Shown in pieces: positions 21,880-30,559 of a stretch of 32,000 nucleotides of DNA; positions within the stretch are counted from its first letter, which is position 1, and the number at the start of each line of letters is the position of its first letter. The notes under the pieces were generated by a model. It did no database searches, was not told where the DNA came from, and was given only the letters and a program-made list of their open reading frames with translations. Position numbers and translations under genes: made by a program. Origin of the DNA: Acaryochloris thomasi RCC1774 (GTDB lineage Bacteria; Cyanobacteriota; Cyanobacteriia; Thermosynechococcales; Thermosynechococcaceae); contig NZ_PQWO01000005.1 of the NCBI RefSeq assembly GCF_003231495.1, positions 1-32,000 of the forward strand, in the 5' to 3' direction.

Positions 21880-22200
21880 ATTATTTTCTCCTCACTGAGA
21901 TATTAAAACCACCACAAATGATGGACTTGAGGAATGATTACGCTGAGTTAGCTCGCCGATTTCAGCAAGAGCTAACTGGAGTGAATGTATGTATATGATC
22001 ACATACATTGAGTTGAAAGACCGCTAATTAATCAAAAATCTATCTATGGATAGACTGACACGCAGCGATGCCATCACAGCCATATATAAATTGAGTAGCG
22101 AGGCTTCAAACAGGTCATCTTTCCTGCGGATCTATCTGTGGAGAACACAGTTAGACAATCGAAGGACAAGCAAAATAATATTTAATTGCCCAAGCCGTCG

Positions 22201-23190
22201 CTAAAACTGCTTCAAGAATCTCAAGTCACTCGTATATAGACGGCGGATATCGTCAATCTGGTGCAACACCATCGCAAAACGCTCGACACCAAACCCAGCG
22301 GCAAAACCTGTGTAAACCTCCGGATCATATCCCACTGCCTTTAGAACATTGGGATCGACCATGCCACAACCCAGAACCTCTAGCCAACGCCCCTTCCATT
22401 GCACATCGACTTCTGCAGAGGGTTCTGTGAAAGGAAAGTAGCTGGCTCGAAAGCGAATCGGAACGTCGCCGAACATCCGTTCTAGGAAAACTTTGATGGT
22501 GCCTCTAAGATCGGTGAACGTCAGCCCTTTATCAATGGCAAGCAGCTCAATTTGATGGAAGACAGCGGCATGGGTAGCATCCTCAGTATCTCGGCGATAG
22601 CAGCGACCGGGAGCAACGATGCGAATCGGTGGATCGTGCTCTTCCATGTAGCGGATTTGCACAGAAGATGTGTGGGTACGGAGCAGGTTGCCATCGGGGA
22701 GATAAAAGGTGTCGGCCATATCCCGAGCGGGGTGATCCGGGGGAGTATTGAGAGCCTGAAAGTTGTAGTAGTCTGACTCCATTTCGGGTCCGCGAGCTAC
22801 GGTGTAGCCCAGACCCACAAAGACATCTAGAGCGAGATCAATCATGCCGTTAAGGGGATGAACGTGCCCTTGGGAGGTATAGGTCCCTGGCATGGTGACG
22901 TCCAGGGTCTCAGAGGCTAGGCGGGCCTGAATCTGTTCGTTTTGCAGGTCTGAGCGTTTCTGCTCTAGACAGCTTTGAACCGCTTCTTTGACCTGATTAG
23001 CAATGGCTCCAATGCGAGGACGATCTGCAGCATCTAGCTTACCCATCCCCTTCAAAATCTGGGACAACTGCCCTCTCTTGCCTAAAAATTGAATTCGGTG
23101 CTGCTCTAACTGGTCAAGATCTGCAGCATCTGAGATCGTTTGCTGCGCCGCTTGCTCGAGGGTCGTTAACTGGGTTTCTAGATCCGTCAT
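22201..23190 (-). CDS. pheS: Phenylalanine--tRNA ligase alpha subunit
   Basis: 329 aa. An N-terminal coiled region is followed by the class II catalytic core, with [39 protein letters not shown] and [14 protein letters not shown] motifs typical of PheS. Confidence 0.95.
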   Translation of the reverse strand: MTDLETQLTTLEQAAQQTISDAADLDQLEQHRIQFLGKRGQLSQILKGMGKLDAADRPRIGAIANQVKEAVQSCLEQKRSDLQNEQIQARLASETLDVTMPGTYTSQGHVHPLNGMIDLALDVFVGLGYTVARGPEMESDYYNFQALNTPPDHPARDMADTFYLPDGNLLRTHTSSVQIRYMEEHDPPIRIVAPGRCYRRDTEDATHAAVFHQIELLAIDKGLTFTDLRGTIKVFLERMFGDVPIRFRASYFPFTEPSAEVDVQWKGRWLEVLGCGMVDPNVLKAVGYDPEVYTGFAAGFGVERFAMVLHQIDDIRRLYTSDLRFLKQF

Positions 23191-23469
23191 CTCAAGGTGT
23201 GAGTCAATAGGTAAATGGATGCCATTCTTGATAGTAACGTAGGAAGCCCTCGTTCTTGGGGTGGCTAATGTTAGCGACCCGCAGAGCGACAGTCTTGGCG
23301 AATCAGAATGGATAGGTCAGCATGCGACATTCAGATTTCAAATCGTATGTTTTAGGTGATCATTATTTTGGCGAGTTTCGGTCAGCGGACTTCAATATGT
23401 TTGCTACTAACAGCGCTTATGTAAATTTAGATATCAAAGTAATAACTGAATTGTTTTATCTTTTGCCAA

Positions 23470-24270
23470 ATGAGTCTATGGTTTAATGGATTGAATCACG
23501 GTCCTCTTTCACTTGTATGTAGGTATTTGAAGATGAGTTTGCCTGAACCTTTTGATCGTTCCACCTTCAAACAATCTCAGTCGCATCATTCAGTTGATCC
23601 GTTATCTGCACCCAGTGAAACGCTCGAGACGCAGCCGATTGGTGATTGGCAGGAGCAACTTTTGCCGGTTGCGACGTTAATGAGTGAAGAAGATGTCACG
23701 GTACTACGACAACAGCTTGAAGCAGCGCATCAGCTCTTGTACTATCGACAAAATTTAGTGGATTCCCTGACAGAGCAGCTGGTCAGCGGTCAGACGCACC
23801 TCGCTCAGGTAGAGCGAGACCTAGAGGAAGCTCAGCATAATTGTGCTCGTCAGGCTGACAAAGTTGAAGATGTACAGTCGGTTTGCCAAGATTTGCGATC
23901 GCAACTTCGTCGTCAGCAGCAGCGCATCGGCGAATACAAACAGGTCTTGAAGCAGAGCGGCCAGCTTCCGCGACCGGCAGGGCAACTGGCAACGCAGGGC
24001 TTTGTAGCCTTAGACTACGACTCCTTGAGCGGTGCGCCCGTCGATGAGAATGAGGCCAAGGCCGCTCCCGTTGCACCCTGGTCAGCAGAAGTCGCAGATC
24101 TTGCCGGTCCGCTCGCGATCTATCGCAAGCTAGCAGAGATGACGATGGCGACCGCCGCTGCGCGCTCGCAGCAAAAAATGATTCAAAAGCGGGCTGAACC
24201 ACAGACATACAATGCTGAAGATTATCAATTAGCAGCAGGGCACCGCATCGAATTGCCAAGCTTCACCTAA
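23470..24270 (+). CDS. Hypothetical Gln-rich coiled-coil protein
   Basis: 266-aa ORF. The central segment (LRQQLEAAHQLLYYRQNLVDSLTEQL...LRSQLRRQQQRIGEYKQVLKQ) looks coiled-coil. No recognisable catalytic motif. The true start may be the internal ATG at 23533 (MSLPEPF). A weak hairpin plus T5 lies at 24282-24301. Confidence 0.55.
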   Translation: MSLWFNGLNHGPLSLVCRYLKMSLPEPFDRSTFKQSQSHHSVDPLSAPSETLETQPIGDWQEQLLPVATLMSEEDVTVLRQQLEAAHQLLYYRQNLVDSLTEQLVSGQTHLAQVERDLEEAQHNCARQADKVEDVQSVCQDLRSQLRRQQQRIGEYKQVLKQSGQLPRPAGQLATQGFVALDYDSLSGAPVDENEAKAAPVAPWSAEVADLAGPLAIYRKLAEMTMATAAARSQQKMIQKRAEPQTYNAEDYQLAAGHRIELPSFT

Positions 24271-24402
24271 AGGTGTGCGGCCTAGCTGCAGGCTAGTTTT
24301 TCTACGATCTACAGCCTTAGCTGGTGACGCACTATTGATCAGCCACACCAAACCGGGTCGGTTTGTAATAACCTATTCAGAGAATGAGTAGGAAATGGGC
24401 CT

Positions 24403-26280
24403 ATGTGTGGAATTGTTGGCTATGTGGGTCATCAGGCAGCAAGTCAGATCTTGCTCTCCGGCCTCCAGAAGCTGGAATATCGAGGCTATGACTCAGCAGG
24501 CATTGCCACAATTCTAGAGGAGCAGCTCCACTGCATTCGTGCCAAGGGTAAGCTCCATCACTTAGAAACCAAGCTAGCCGGATGGGATAACCCAGCCCGG
24601 ATGGGTATCGGCCACACGCGCTGGGCCACCCACGGCAAACCGGAGGAATATAACGCCCATCCCCACCGAGATGAAAGGGAACGGTTGGCGGTGGTGCAAA
24701 ACGGCATCATCGAAAACTACCGCGACCTCCGCATTGAGCTGAAGGAGAAGGGATACACCTTTCGGTCTGAGACCGATACAGAGGTGATTCCCCATTTGAT
24801 CGCCGATCTGCTCAAGCAGCAGACCACGCCTAATCTACTAGAAGCGGTACGGGAGACCGTTAATCGGCTTACAGGGGCCTTTGCGATCGCAGTTGTTTCT
24901 GCAGACTTCCCTGAAGAGCTGATTGTGGCGCGGCAGCAGGCTCCACTGGTGATTGGCTATGGTGACCATGAGTTTTTCTGCGCCTCCGATACCCCGGCGC
25001 TGATTCCCCACACCCGCACCATCTTGACCCTCGACAACGAGGAGATCGCCACACTGAAGCCCTCGGGCGTAGAGCTATATCACTTCAACGGCGATCGGGT
25101 GCGGCGTCCGCCCCAAACCCTGAATTGGAACCCCGTCATGGTGGAGAAGCAGGGCTTTAAGCATTTCATGCTCAAAGAAATTTATGAGCAGCCTGGTGTT
25201 GTCCGCACCTGTTTAGAGAACTATTTAGATGAGCAGTGGTCACCCGATTCTGCAGCAGGTCCGATTAAGCTGGGCCTTGATCCATCCCTCTTTCAAGATC
25301 TAGAACGAATCCAAATTGTGGCCTGCGGCACGAGCTGGCATGCCAGTCTTGTCGGTCAGTACCTCCTAGAGCAACTGGCGGGGGTGCCCACAGTGGTTCA
25401 GTATGCTTCAGAATTTCGCTACGCTCCGACGCCATTAACGCCCAATACCCTGACGGTTGGGGTGACCCAGTCGGGTGAAACAGCAGATACGCTGGCGGCA
25501 CTAGAGATGGAAAAGCAGCGCCGCTCTGAGCTGTCTGATGAATTTCGCCCGCGCCTGTTGGGCATTACCAATCGGCCTGAAAGTTCGCTCTCTAGACTAG
25601 TGCCGCAGATTATTGATACCCACGCGGGCATCGAGATTGGGGTAGCGGCCACCAAGACTTTCGCGGCCCAATTGATGGCCTTTTATCTGCTAGCGCTAGA
25701 TCTGACCTATCAGCGCCAGTCGCAGTCGCCTGAGCGGCTGGCTGCGATCATTGGGGAACTCAGAACGCTACCGGCTCTGCTAGAGCTGGTGTTAGAAAGC
25801 CAAGAACGCTACGTGGAAACGCTGGCCCACGACTTTGTAGAGACCCAGGACTTTATCTATATTGGTCGAGGCATTAATTTCCCGATTGCTTTAGAAGGGG
25901 CGCTAAAGCTCAAAGAAATTAGCTATATCCATGCAGAGGGCTATCCCGCCGGGGAAATGAAGCACGGCCCCATTGCGCTGCTTGATGCCAAGGTGCCGGT
26001 GGTTGCGATCGCAATGCCCGGCTCAGTCTTCGAGAAAGTGCTCTCCAACGCTCAAGAAGCTAAGGCGCGGGATGCCCGCTTGATTGGGGTCACCCCCATG
26101 AACGAACAGGAAGCACGGGAAACCTTTGACACGCTCTTGCCCGTACCTGCCGTTGATGAGATCCTGTCGCCACTGGTAACGATGGTACCGCTCCAGCTTT
26201 TGGCTTATCACATTTCCGCCATTCGGGGCCTAGATGTCGATCAGCCTCGAAATCTGGCTAAATCAGTCACGGTTGAATAG
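24403..26280 (+). CDS. glmS: Glutamine--fructose-6-phosphate aminotransferase (isomerizing)
   Basis: 625 aa. It starts MCGIVGY (N-terminal nucleophile Cys2) and has two SIS domains (GTSWHA, QSGETADT). The C-terminus LAKSVTVE is typical of GlmS. Confidence 0.96.
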   Translation: MCGIVGYVGHQAASQILLSGLQKLEYRGYDSAGIATILEEQLHCIRAKGKLHHLETKLAGWDNPARMGIGHTRWATHGKPEEYNAHPHRDERERLAVVQNGIIENYRDLRIELKEKGYTFRSETDTEVIPHLIADLLKQQTTPNLLEAVRETVNRLTGAFAIAVVSADFPEELIVARQQAPLVIGYGDHEFFCASDTPALIPHTRTILTLDNEEIATLKPSGVELYHFNGDRVRRPPQTLNWNPVMVEKQGFKHFMLKEIYEQPGVVRTCLENYLDEQWSPDSAAGPIKLGLDPSLFQDLERIQIVACGTSWHASLVGQYLLEQLAGVPTVVQYASEFRYAPTPLTPNTLTVGVTQSGETADTLAALEMEKQRRSELSDEFRPRLLGITNRPESSLSRLVPQIIDTHAGIEIGVAATKTFAAQLMAFYLLALDLTYQRQSQSPERLAAIIGELRTLPALLELVLESQERYVETLAHDFVETQDFIYIGRGINFPIALEGALKLKEISYIHAEGYPAGEMKHGPIALLDAKVPVVAIAMPGSVFEKVLSNAQEAKARDARLIGVTPMNEQEARETFDTLLPVPAVDEILSPLVTMVPLQLLAYHISAIRGLDVDQPRNLAKSVTVE

Positions 26281-26331
26281 TCCCTCGTACAGTGGGCAAC
26301 CCAACACATATACACCGATAAGAAAAGAGGA

Positions 26332-26868
26332 TTACTCCACCAGTGAAGAGCCTAGAGGACACTGCACTGGTTCAGTCTCAGAGCTAGGTGCAGGCGGTGC
26401 AGCGGGCGGAAGCCGCGACGGAACGTCAGTTTCGCAAATGCCTGACACAAATTTGAGGTCAGTGGCTGCAGACTCCAGAACAAAGACGAAAGCCGTGTAG
26501 CTCTTTAGGTCAGTCCCCTTCAACGGCACAGTGGTGGCAATGGCAGTAGTCATCGTACTTAACTGAGGGACAATTCGGGAATCAAAATACCGGTTAACAA
26601 TTCTGCCATCAAGGTCATCTATCGATGTCGCAAAACCTTTGTTTTCCAACCGATACGCCTGCTGTGATCGGTTAATCGCACTTAAGCTCCCTGCCCCTTC
26701 AGACTTTCTCGCTAGGGCCAGCTCCCTGAGGAAAGAGGGAAGTGCGATCGCAAGCAAAATCATCAAGACAAAACCACCTACAGCTAAACAGCCACAACCG
26801 CCTAAAATTTTGACCATGCTTGAAACACCGCCTTTATTCTGTCGAGTATTGGGCCGTGAATTCGACAT
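26332..26868 (-). CDS. Type IV pilin-like G/H family (Pilin_GH-type) protein, atypical N-terminus
   Basis: 178 aa. LLAIALPSFLRELALARKSEGAGSLSAINRSQQAYRLENKGFATSIDDL matches the cyanobacterial pilin-like G/H pattern (AIALPSFL...ar.sE....l..inRaQQAY.lE...Fa). The canonical G/FTLIE prepilin site is replaced by GGFVLMI. The start may be M18 (26817). Confidence 0.6.
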   Translation of the reverse strand: MSNSRPNTRQNKGGVSSMVKILGGCGCLAVGGFVLMILLAIALPSFLRELALARKSEGAGSLSAINRSQQAYRLENKGFATSIDDLDGRIVNRYFDSRIVPQLSTMTTAIATTVPLKGTDLKSYTAFVFVLESAATDLKFVSGICETDVPSRLPPAAPPAPSSETEPVQCPLGSSLVE

Positions 26869-27063
26869 TTAAGTCACCCTCAAAAACTAAATTAAAAAGT
26901 ATCAGAAGAGCCGACAAGGCATTAAATTTATCTTCGCTGAACAAAAAAGCTGGCTCCAGCAAGGGGCAATCTTTATCAGATAACCTCTAAACTTTTGATA
27001 TCTAGACCCCTGACATAATCGGCAAAATCAGCATTCCTTTGAGCATCACCCCCGGAACAAAGC

Positions 27064-27432
27064 ATGGATTTTCTGAATGGCATCACCATCCTCTTAATTT
27101 ACGAGCTAGCGGGCGAAGCGATAAAGCTACTGCTGCAGCTCCCCATCCCTGGCCCAGTTCTGGGCATGATCTTTCTGTTCCTCACGCTGATCTCTCAACG
27201 CCATGTCTCCCACTCGGTCGATTTAACATCGAAGGTGCTCCTCAGCCATCTGTCATTGCTATTCATACCTGCGGGTGTGGGCGTCATGGTCCATTTTGAT
27301 CGCATCACCCAAGAGTGGCTGCCCATCAGCATTACCCTATTGCTCAGTACGGCAGTGACAATGGCCACCACCGCCGCCATCATGCTCGGCACCCAGCGCC
27401 TCTTTTCAAAGAAGGTATCTACGGATGCTTAA
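27064..27432 (+). CDS. CidA/LrgA-family membrane protein
   Basis: 122 aa with four predicted TM helices. The N-terminus MDFLNGITILLIYELAGEAIKLLLQLPIPGPVLGMIFLFL is typical of LrgA. The gene overlaps the downstream LrgB-like gene by 8 nt. Confidence 0.85.
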   Translation: MDFLNGITILLIYELAGEAIKLLLQLPIPGPVLGMIFLFLTLISQRHVSHSVDLTSKVLLSHLSLLFIPAGVGVMVHFDRITQEWLPISITLLLSTAVTMATTAAIMLGTQRLFSKKVSTDA

Positions 27433-28156
27433 GTCTGAGCTGGTCGAGATTTGGGTTTATCTTTCAGCTTCTCCACTGGTGGGTCTGACGATAACCCTCG
27501 TCACCTATGGCATCGCCTATCGCCTATATTTGTGGGCGAAATGCAATCCCCTCCTCAATCCAGTGGTGGTGTCAGTGGCGGCACTGATTGCTGTTTTATC
27601 AATCACAAATACCTCCTATGAAGCGTATTTCGAAGGCGGACAGTTTATTCACTTTTTGCTGGGTCCAGCCACTGTCGCCCTAGCCGTGCCGCTCTATCGG
27701 CAGTTCTCATCTCTAAAGAGACAATGGCTGCCTGTTTTTGCAGCCATTATGGGAGGGAGCACCATCGGTACGTTGAGTTCCGTCGCCATTGCTCAGCTTT
27801 TAGGGGCGAGCGTGCAGACGCAGCTCTCATTGGCTCCCAAATCGGTGACAACGCCTGTGGCAATGGGAATCTCAGAGCAGATTGGTGGTTTACCCTCCCT
27901 GACGGCAGCGCTGGTGGTGATGACGGGGGTGATCGGGGCGATTCTTGGCACTACACTGTTTAGAATCCTGCGGATCAACAACGACAGCGTTAAAGGGATT
28001 GCAATGGGCGTGACGGCCCACGGTATTGGAACCGCTCGCTCATTTCAAGTGAGCCCAGAGATGGGAGCCTTTTCAGGGCTGGCAATGGCGTTATCAGCCT
28101 TCAGTACTGCCGTCATTTTGCCTTGGCTATTGGGCTTAATCGGTCTTCTCAGTTAG
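27425..28156 (+). CDS. LrgB-family membrane protein
   Basis: 243 aa and polytopic. SLAPKSVTTPVAMGISEQIGG and GIAMGVTAHGIGTAR are LrgB hallmarks. It is paired with the LrgA-like gene, as in the PLGG1-type LrgAB architecture. Confidence 0.88.
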   Translation: MLKSELVEIWVYLSASPLVGLTITLVTYGIAYRLYLWAKCNPLLNPVVVSVAALIAVLSITNTSYEAYFEGGQFIHFLLGPATVALAVPLYRQFSSLKRQWLPVFAAIMGGSTIGTLSSVAIAQLLGASVQTQLSLAPKSVTTPVAMGISEQIGGLPSLTAALVVMTGVIGAILGTTLFRILRINNDSVKGIAMGVTAHGIGTARSFQVSPEMGAFSGLAMALSAFSTAVILPWLLGLIGLLS

Positions 28157-28856
28157 GGTGTTCCTGCAGCAGACTCAAATCTTGCAGGCGATCGCAATCT
28201 AAAATCTCTACCTGCATTCCCTGCATAGCAATGATGCCATCAGTACTGAGGCGATAGAAAGCCCGCGAGAGAGTGGCCGGAATGGTTCCTAATGCTGCAG
28301 CCAACTGGCTCTTGCTCATATTTAGCGTCACAGTACGCTGGACTTGAGACTCATTCACAGAACCATCATTCAAACTGAGCAAGTAGGCTGCCAATCGCTG
28401 CGGCACATCCTTGAAAGAAAGATTTTCAACCACCTTTACGAGATGCCGTGAGTGCCGCGCCAAAGTTACCAGCATATTAATCGCGATGTCAGGGTATTGA
28501 TGCAGCAGCGCTAAAAATTCAGTCCGAGGAACAAAGAGGAGAGTAGCAGGCTCCAAGGCAGTGGCGGAGGCCGGGAAGCATTGACCGTCCATTGCCGCGA
28601 CTTCTGCGAAGTTATCTCTCGCCTCGAAGATATTCAGAATTTGCTCTCTCCCGTTGGCCGCGAGCTGAAAGACTTTGACACGCCCTATTTTGATTACAAA
28701 GAATCCAGTGGCTTTGCAGCCCTGCTCAAACACAAGATCACCTTTGCCAAAGGTTCGCAACTGTGCAATATCGGTCAAGGCGGTGAGCTGTGATGCAGAG
28801 AGTCCTTGAAAAATGAGGGTCGTCGAAAGCCAATCGTTCAGTTCTGAGTCACCCAC
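28149..28856 (-). CDS. Crp/Fnr-family transcriptional regulator (cNMP-binding-like domain + HTH_Crp)
   Basis: 235 aa with a GTG start. It has an N-terminal beta-roll effector domain (FQGLSASQL...GDLVFEQG...FFVIKIGRVKV) and a C-terminal HTH (MSKSQLAAALGTIPATLSRAFYRL). There is no N-terminal Cys cluster, so it is not a classical Fe-S FNR. The 3' end overlaps the lrgB-like gene convergently by 8 bp. Confidence 0.88.
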   Translation of the reverse strand: MGDSELNDWLSTTLIFQGLSASQLTALTDIAQLRTFGKGDLVFEQGCKATGFFVIKIGRVKVFQLAANGREQILNIFEARDNFAEVAAMDGQCFPASATALEPATLLFVPRTEFLALLHQYPDIAINMLVTLARHSRHLVKVVENLSFKDVPQRLAAYLLSLNDGSVNESQVQRTVTLNMSKSQLAAALGTIPATLSRAFYRLSTDGIIAMQGMQVEILDCDRLQDLSLLQEHPN

Positions 28857-28964
28857 GTTTTGCCTTGTTGCGATCGCACATCAAACCTAGCCTTCCATTA
28901 TCAATGCTCTATTTTCACCTATCAGACCCAGCTAACTGGATTTAAGAATCTTTCAAGATCATTT

Positions 28965-28978
28965 TTGACTTAAGTCAA
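28965..28978. promoter_or_regulatory. Perfect FNR/FixK/Dnr-type palindrome TTGACTTAAGTCAA in the crp-like / glbN divergent intergenic region
   Basis: A 14-bp perfect palindrome fitting TTGA-N6-TCAA. Its centre is 133 bp upstream of the glbN ATG and 115 bp from the regulator start. A TAAGGT (TAnnnT) hexamer at 29002-29007 is compatible with a site centred near -41.5. Confidence 0.5.
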
Positions 28979-29104
28979 GGCACTTGCTGCGGTACACCTC
29001 CTAAGGTGAAGACGCAGAAGAAAACACCCTAGACGCTCTATCTATAGACAATGCAGACTGTCTAGCCCTGTATTTAAAACTGTCCCCACTTCCTTAGGAA
29101 TTTT

Positions 29105-29479
29105 ATGGCAACTTTGTACGAAAAACTGGGTGGCGCTGCCGCCGTTGATATCGCAGTTGATAAATTCTATGAGCGTGTTCTGCAGGATGACCGCATCAAG
29201 CATTTCTTTGCTGATACCGACATGGTGCAACAGCGGGCGCACCAAAAAGCGTTTTTGACCTACGCCTTTGGCGGCACTGATAAATATGACGGTCGCTTCA
29301 TGCGAACAGCCCATAAAGATCTAGTCGCAAAGCAGGGCTTAGGCAGTGAGCACTTTGATGCCGTAGCTGAAGACTTAATGACCACCCTCAAAGAAATGGG
29401 TGTACCCGAGCATCTACTGGCAGAAGTCGCAGCCGTAGCAGCAGCACCTCAGCACAAGAAAGACGTCTTAAACCAATAG
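29105..29479 (+). CDS. glbN: Group I truncated hemoglobin (cyanoglobin)
   Basis: 124 aa. MATLYEKLGGAAAVDIAVDKFYERVLQDDRIKHFFADTDMVQQRAHQKAFLTYAFGGTDKYDGRFMRTAHKDLV... is near-colinear with cyanobacterial GlbN as I remember it (STLYEKLGG...VDKFYERVLQDDRIKHFF...QRAHQKAFLTYAFGG). Confidence 0.93.
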   Translation: MATLYEKLGGAAAVDIAVDKFYERVLQDDRIKHFFADTDMVQQRAHQKAFLTYAFGGTDKYDGRFMRTAHKDLVAKQGLGSEHFDAVAEDLMTTLKEMGVPEHLLAEVAAVAAAPQHKKDVLNQ

Positions 29480-29487
29480 CGCCAAAA

Positions 29488-29524
29488 AATCAGTGAGATC
29501 GGCAAGGGTTCGATCTCACTGATT
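29488..29524. terminator. 14-bp-stem hairpin shared by the convergent glbN and the small minus-strand ORF
   Basis: AATCAGTGAGATCG (29488-29501) pairs with CGATCTCACTGATT (29511-29524). It is preceded by A6 on the plus strand, so on the minus strand it is followed by TTTTTTGG, a canonical intrinsic terminator for 29566-29784. Confidence 0.7.
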
Positions 29525-29565
29525 CTGCCAGTCAATGAACGATGATGCTCAATGCCACAGCATCT

Positions 29566-29784
29566 TTATTCAGAGGCCGACAAAGCAATAGTGCAGGCAG
29601 GAGAGGTTTGATTACTCACAATCAGGGTGGCTGGCGTTGGCTCGATTGAACAACTAGAACTGATGCCAGCGGCTTCTTTGAAGGGATTGGTCACGAGTAA
29701 ACCAAGGGCAGATGCAAAAGCACAAGCACCCATGACTTGGAAGCACCGACCGGCAGGGGCTGCGATAGATAAGAATCTAGTCAT
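29566..29784 (-). CDS. Small hypothetical protein with a Cys-pair C-terminal block, possibly distantly related to the 20747/21526 paralogs
   Basis: 72-aa ORF with a canonical minus-strand terminator 40 nt downstream. The C-terminal SSCSIEPTPATLIVSNQTSPACTIALSASE resembles VTCGPNGAAFVVANVSPGCRVLKVNS, sharing the pattern [LF][IV]V[SA]N..SP[AG]C. The SD is weak. Confidence 0.4.
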   Translation of the reverse strand: MTRFLSIAAPAGRCFQVMGACAFASALGLLVTNPFKEAAGISSSCSIEPTPATLIVSNQTSPACTIALSASE

Positions 29785-30065
29785 GGTGTCGTCTCACAAA
29801 TGAATTAAATACAACCAGTGATCGGCTGCGCCAGCTACAGAAAATCTACGCAAATGGACTCGTTGGAAAGAACTGAGTCTTGTTGACTTTTCCAGTTCCA
29901 GACGCCTTTAAAGACAATCAACAGGAGCCGCAGAGAACAGAACTTAGTAGTTGTTTATACTCATCATCATAGGGCTTGACCAGGATAGATTCAAGCCACT
30001 TTATTTTATTTTATGCATTGACCTAAGGCTATGAATCAGTATTTCAGTTCACCAAAGACCGTGAT

Positions 30066-30467
30066 TCAGCCCATCAGCAAAACAGTATCAATGCAGTGGA
30101 TGATGCCGTTGTCTACTTCAATATCAGGGGCAATGACGGTGGCATTTTTAACCTCAAATCCATCTGAAATATGGATGGGGAGTGGCGAACCTTCTACAGA
30201 GGTCAGTTCACCGAGATCTTGCAGATCTTCCTGGCTATAAGTGCCAGAAACAACGTGGTAGGTGAGGATGCGGCCCAGTTGCGGTAGGTTCTGCAGTAGG
30301 GTTTGAATAGTTCCAGGCGGTAGCTTTTCAAATGCGCTGTCTACAGGAGCAAAGACAGTGAAGGGGCCTGGGCTTTGCAGGGTTTCCACTAGGCCCGCTG
30401 CGCTGACGGCGGCAACGAGGGTTTTGAAGTTGGGAGATGCGATCGCAGTTTCGACAATATCTGCCAT
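30066..30467 (-). CDS. cupS: Fasciclin (FAS1) domain protein immediately downstream of cupA; likely the NDH-1MS subunit CupS
   Basis: 133 aa. FAS1 motifs are [15 protein letters not shown] (H1), LTYHVVSG (YH) and [12 protein letters not shown] (H2). Its size (~15 kDa) and position after cupA match the ndhF3-ndhD3-cupA-cupS operon layout known from Synechocystis and Thermosynechococcus. Confidence 0.7.
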   Translation of the reverse strand: MADIVETAIASPNFKTLVAAVSAAGLVETLQSPGPFTVFAPVDSAFEKLPPGTIQTLLQNLPQLGRILTYHVVSGTYSQEDLQDLGELTSVEGSPLPIHISDGFEVKNATVIAPDIEVDNGIIHCIDTVLLMG

Positions 30468-30510
30468 TGAAGATTTTCCTTATAGGTGAGAAATATCAAA
30501 AACTCTACAT

Positions 30511-30540
30511 TGGCCCCCCCGGCCCCCCAATTCTGGGGGG
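30511..30540. repeat. GC-rich hairpin repeat TGGCCCCCCCGGCCCCCCAATTCTGGGGGG (copy 1, cupA-cupS intergenic)
   Basis: Identical over 27 nt to 31974-32000. It contains CCCCCC-AATTCT-GGGGGG (6-bp G:C stem). CATAGGCTGGG lies nearby in both copies (30548-30558; 31941-31951). Confidence 0.8.
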
Positions 30541-30559
30541 AGAGAAGCATAGGCTGGGG

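Noticed and set aside
22039-22054. Possible pheS terminator (TCTATC-TATG-GATAGA followed by T5 on the minus strand)
   Set aside because: The stem is only 6 bp and AT-rich, and it lies 150 nt downstream of the pheS stop. Too weak to call.
23783-24259. 158-aa minus-strand ORF antisense to the coiled-coil hypothetical; also 24574-25655 minus-strand ORFs inside glmS and 27039-27299 inside the lrgA-like gene
   Set aside because: They are shadow or alternative-frame ORFs within well-supported or longer genes, and Arg/Ser/Pro-rich as expected for the antisense of GC-rich coding DNA.
24271-24402. Possible glmS ribozyme or riboswitch in the glmS 5' region (small hairpin CAAACCG-GGT-CGGTTTG at 24349-24365)
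   Set aside because: The region is only ~130 nt with one short hairpin. I cannot see the conserved glmS ribozyme core, and the ribozyme is a Gram-positive feature.
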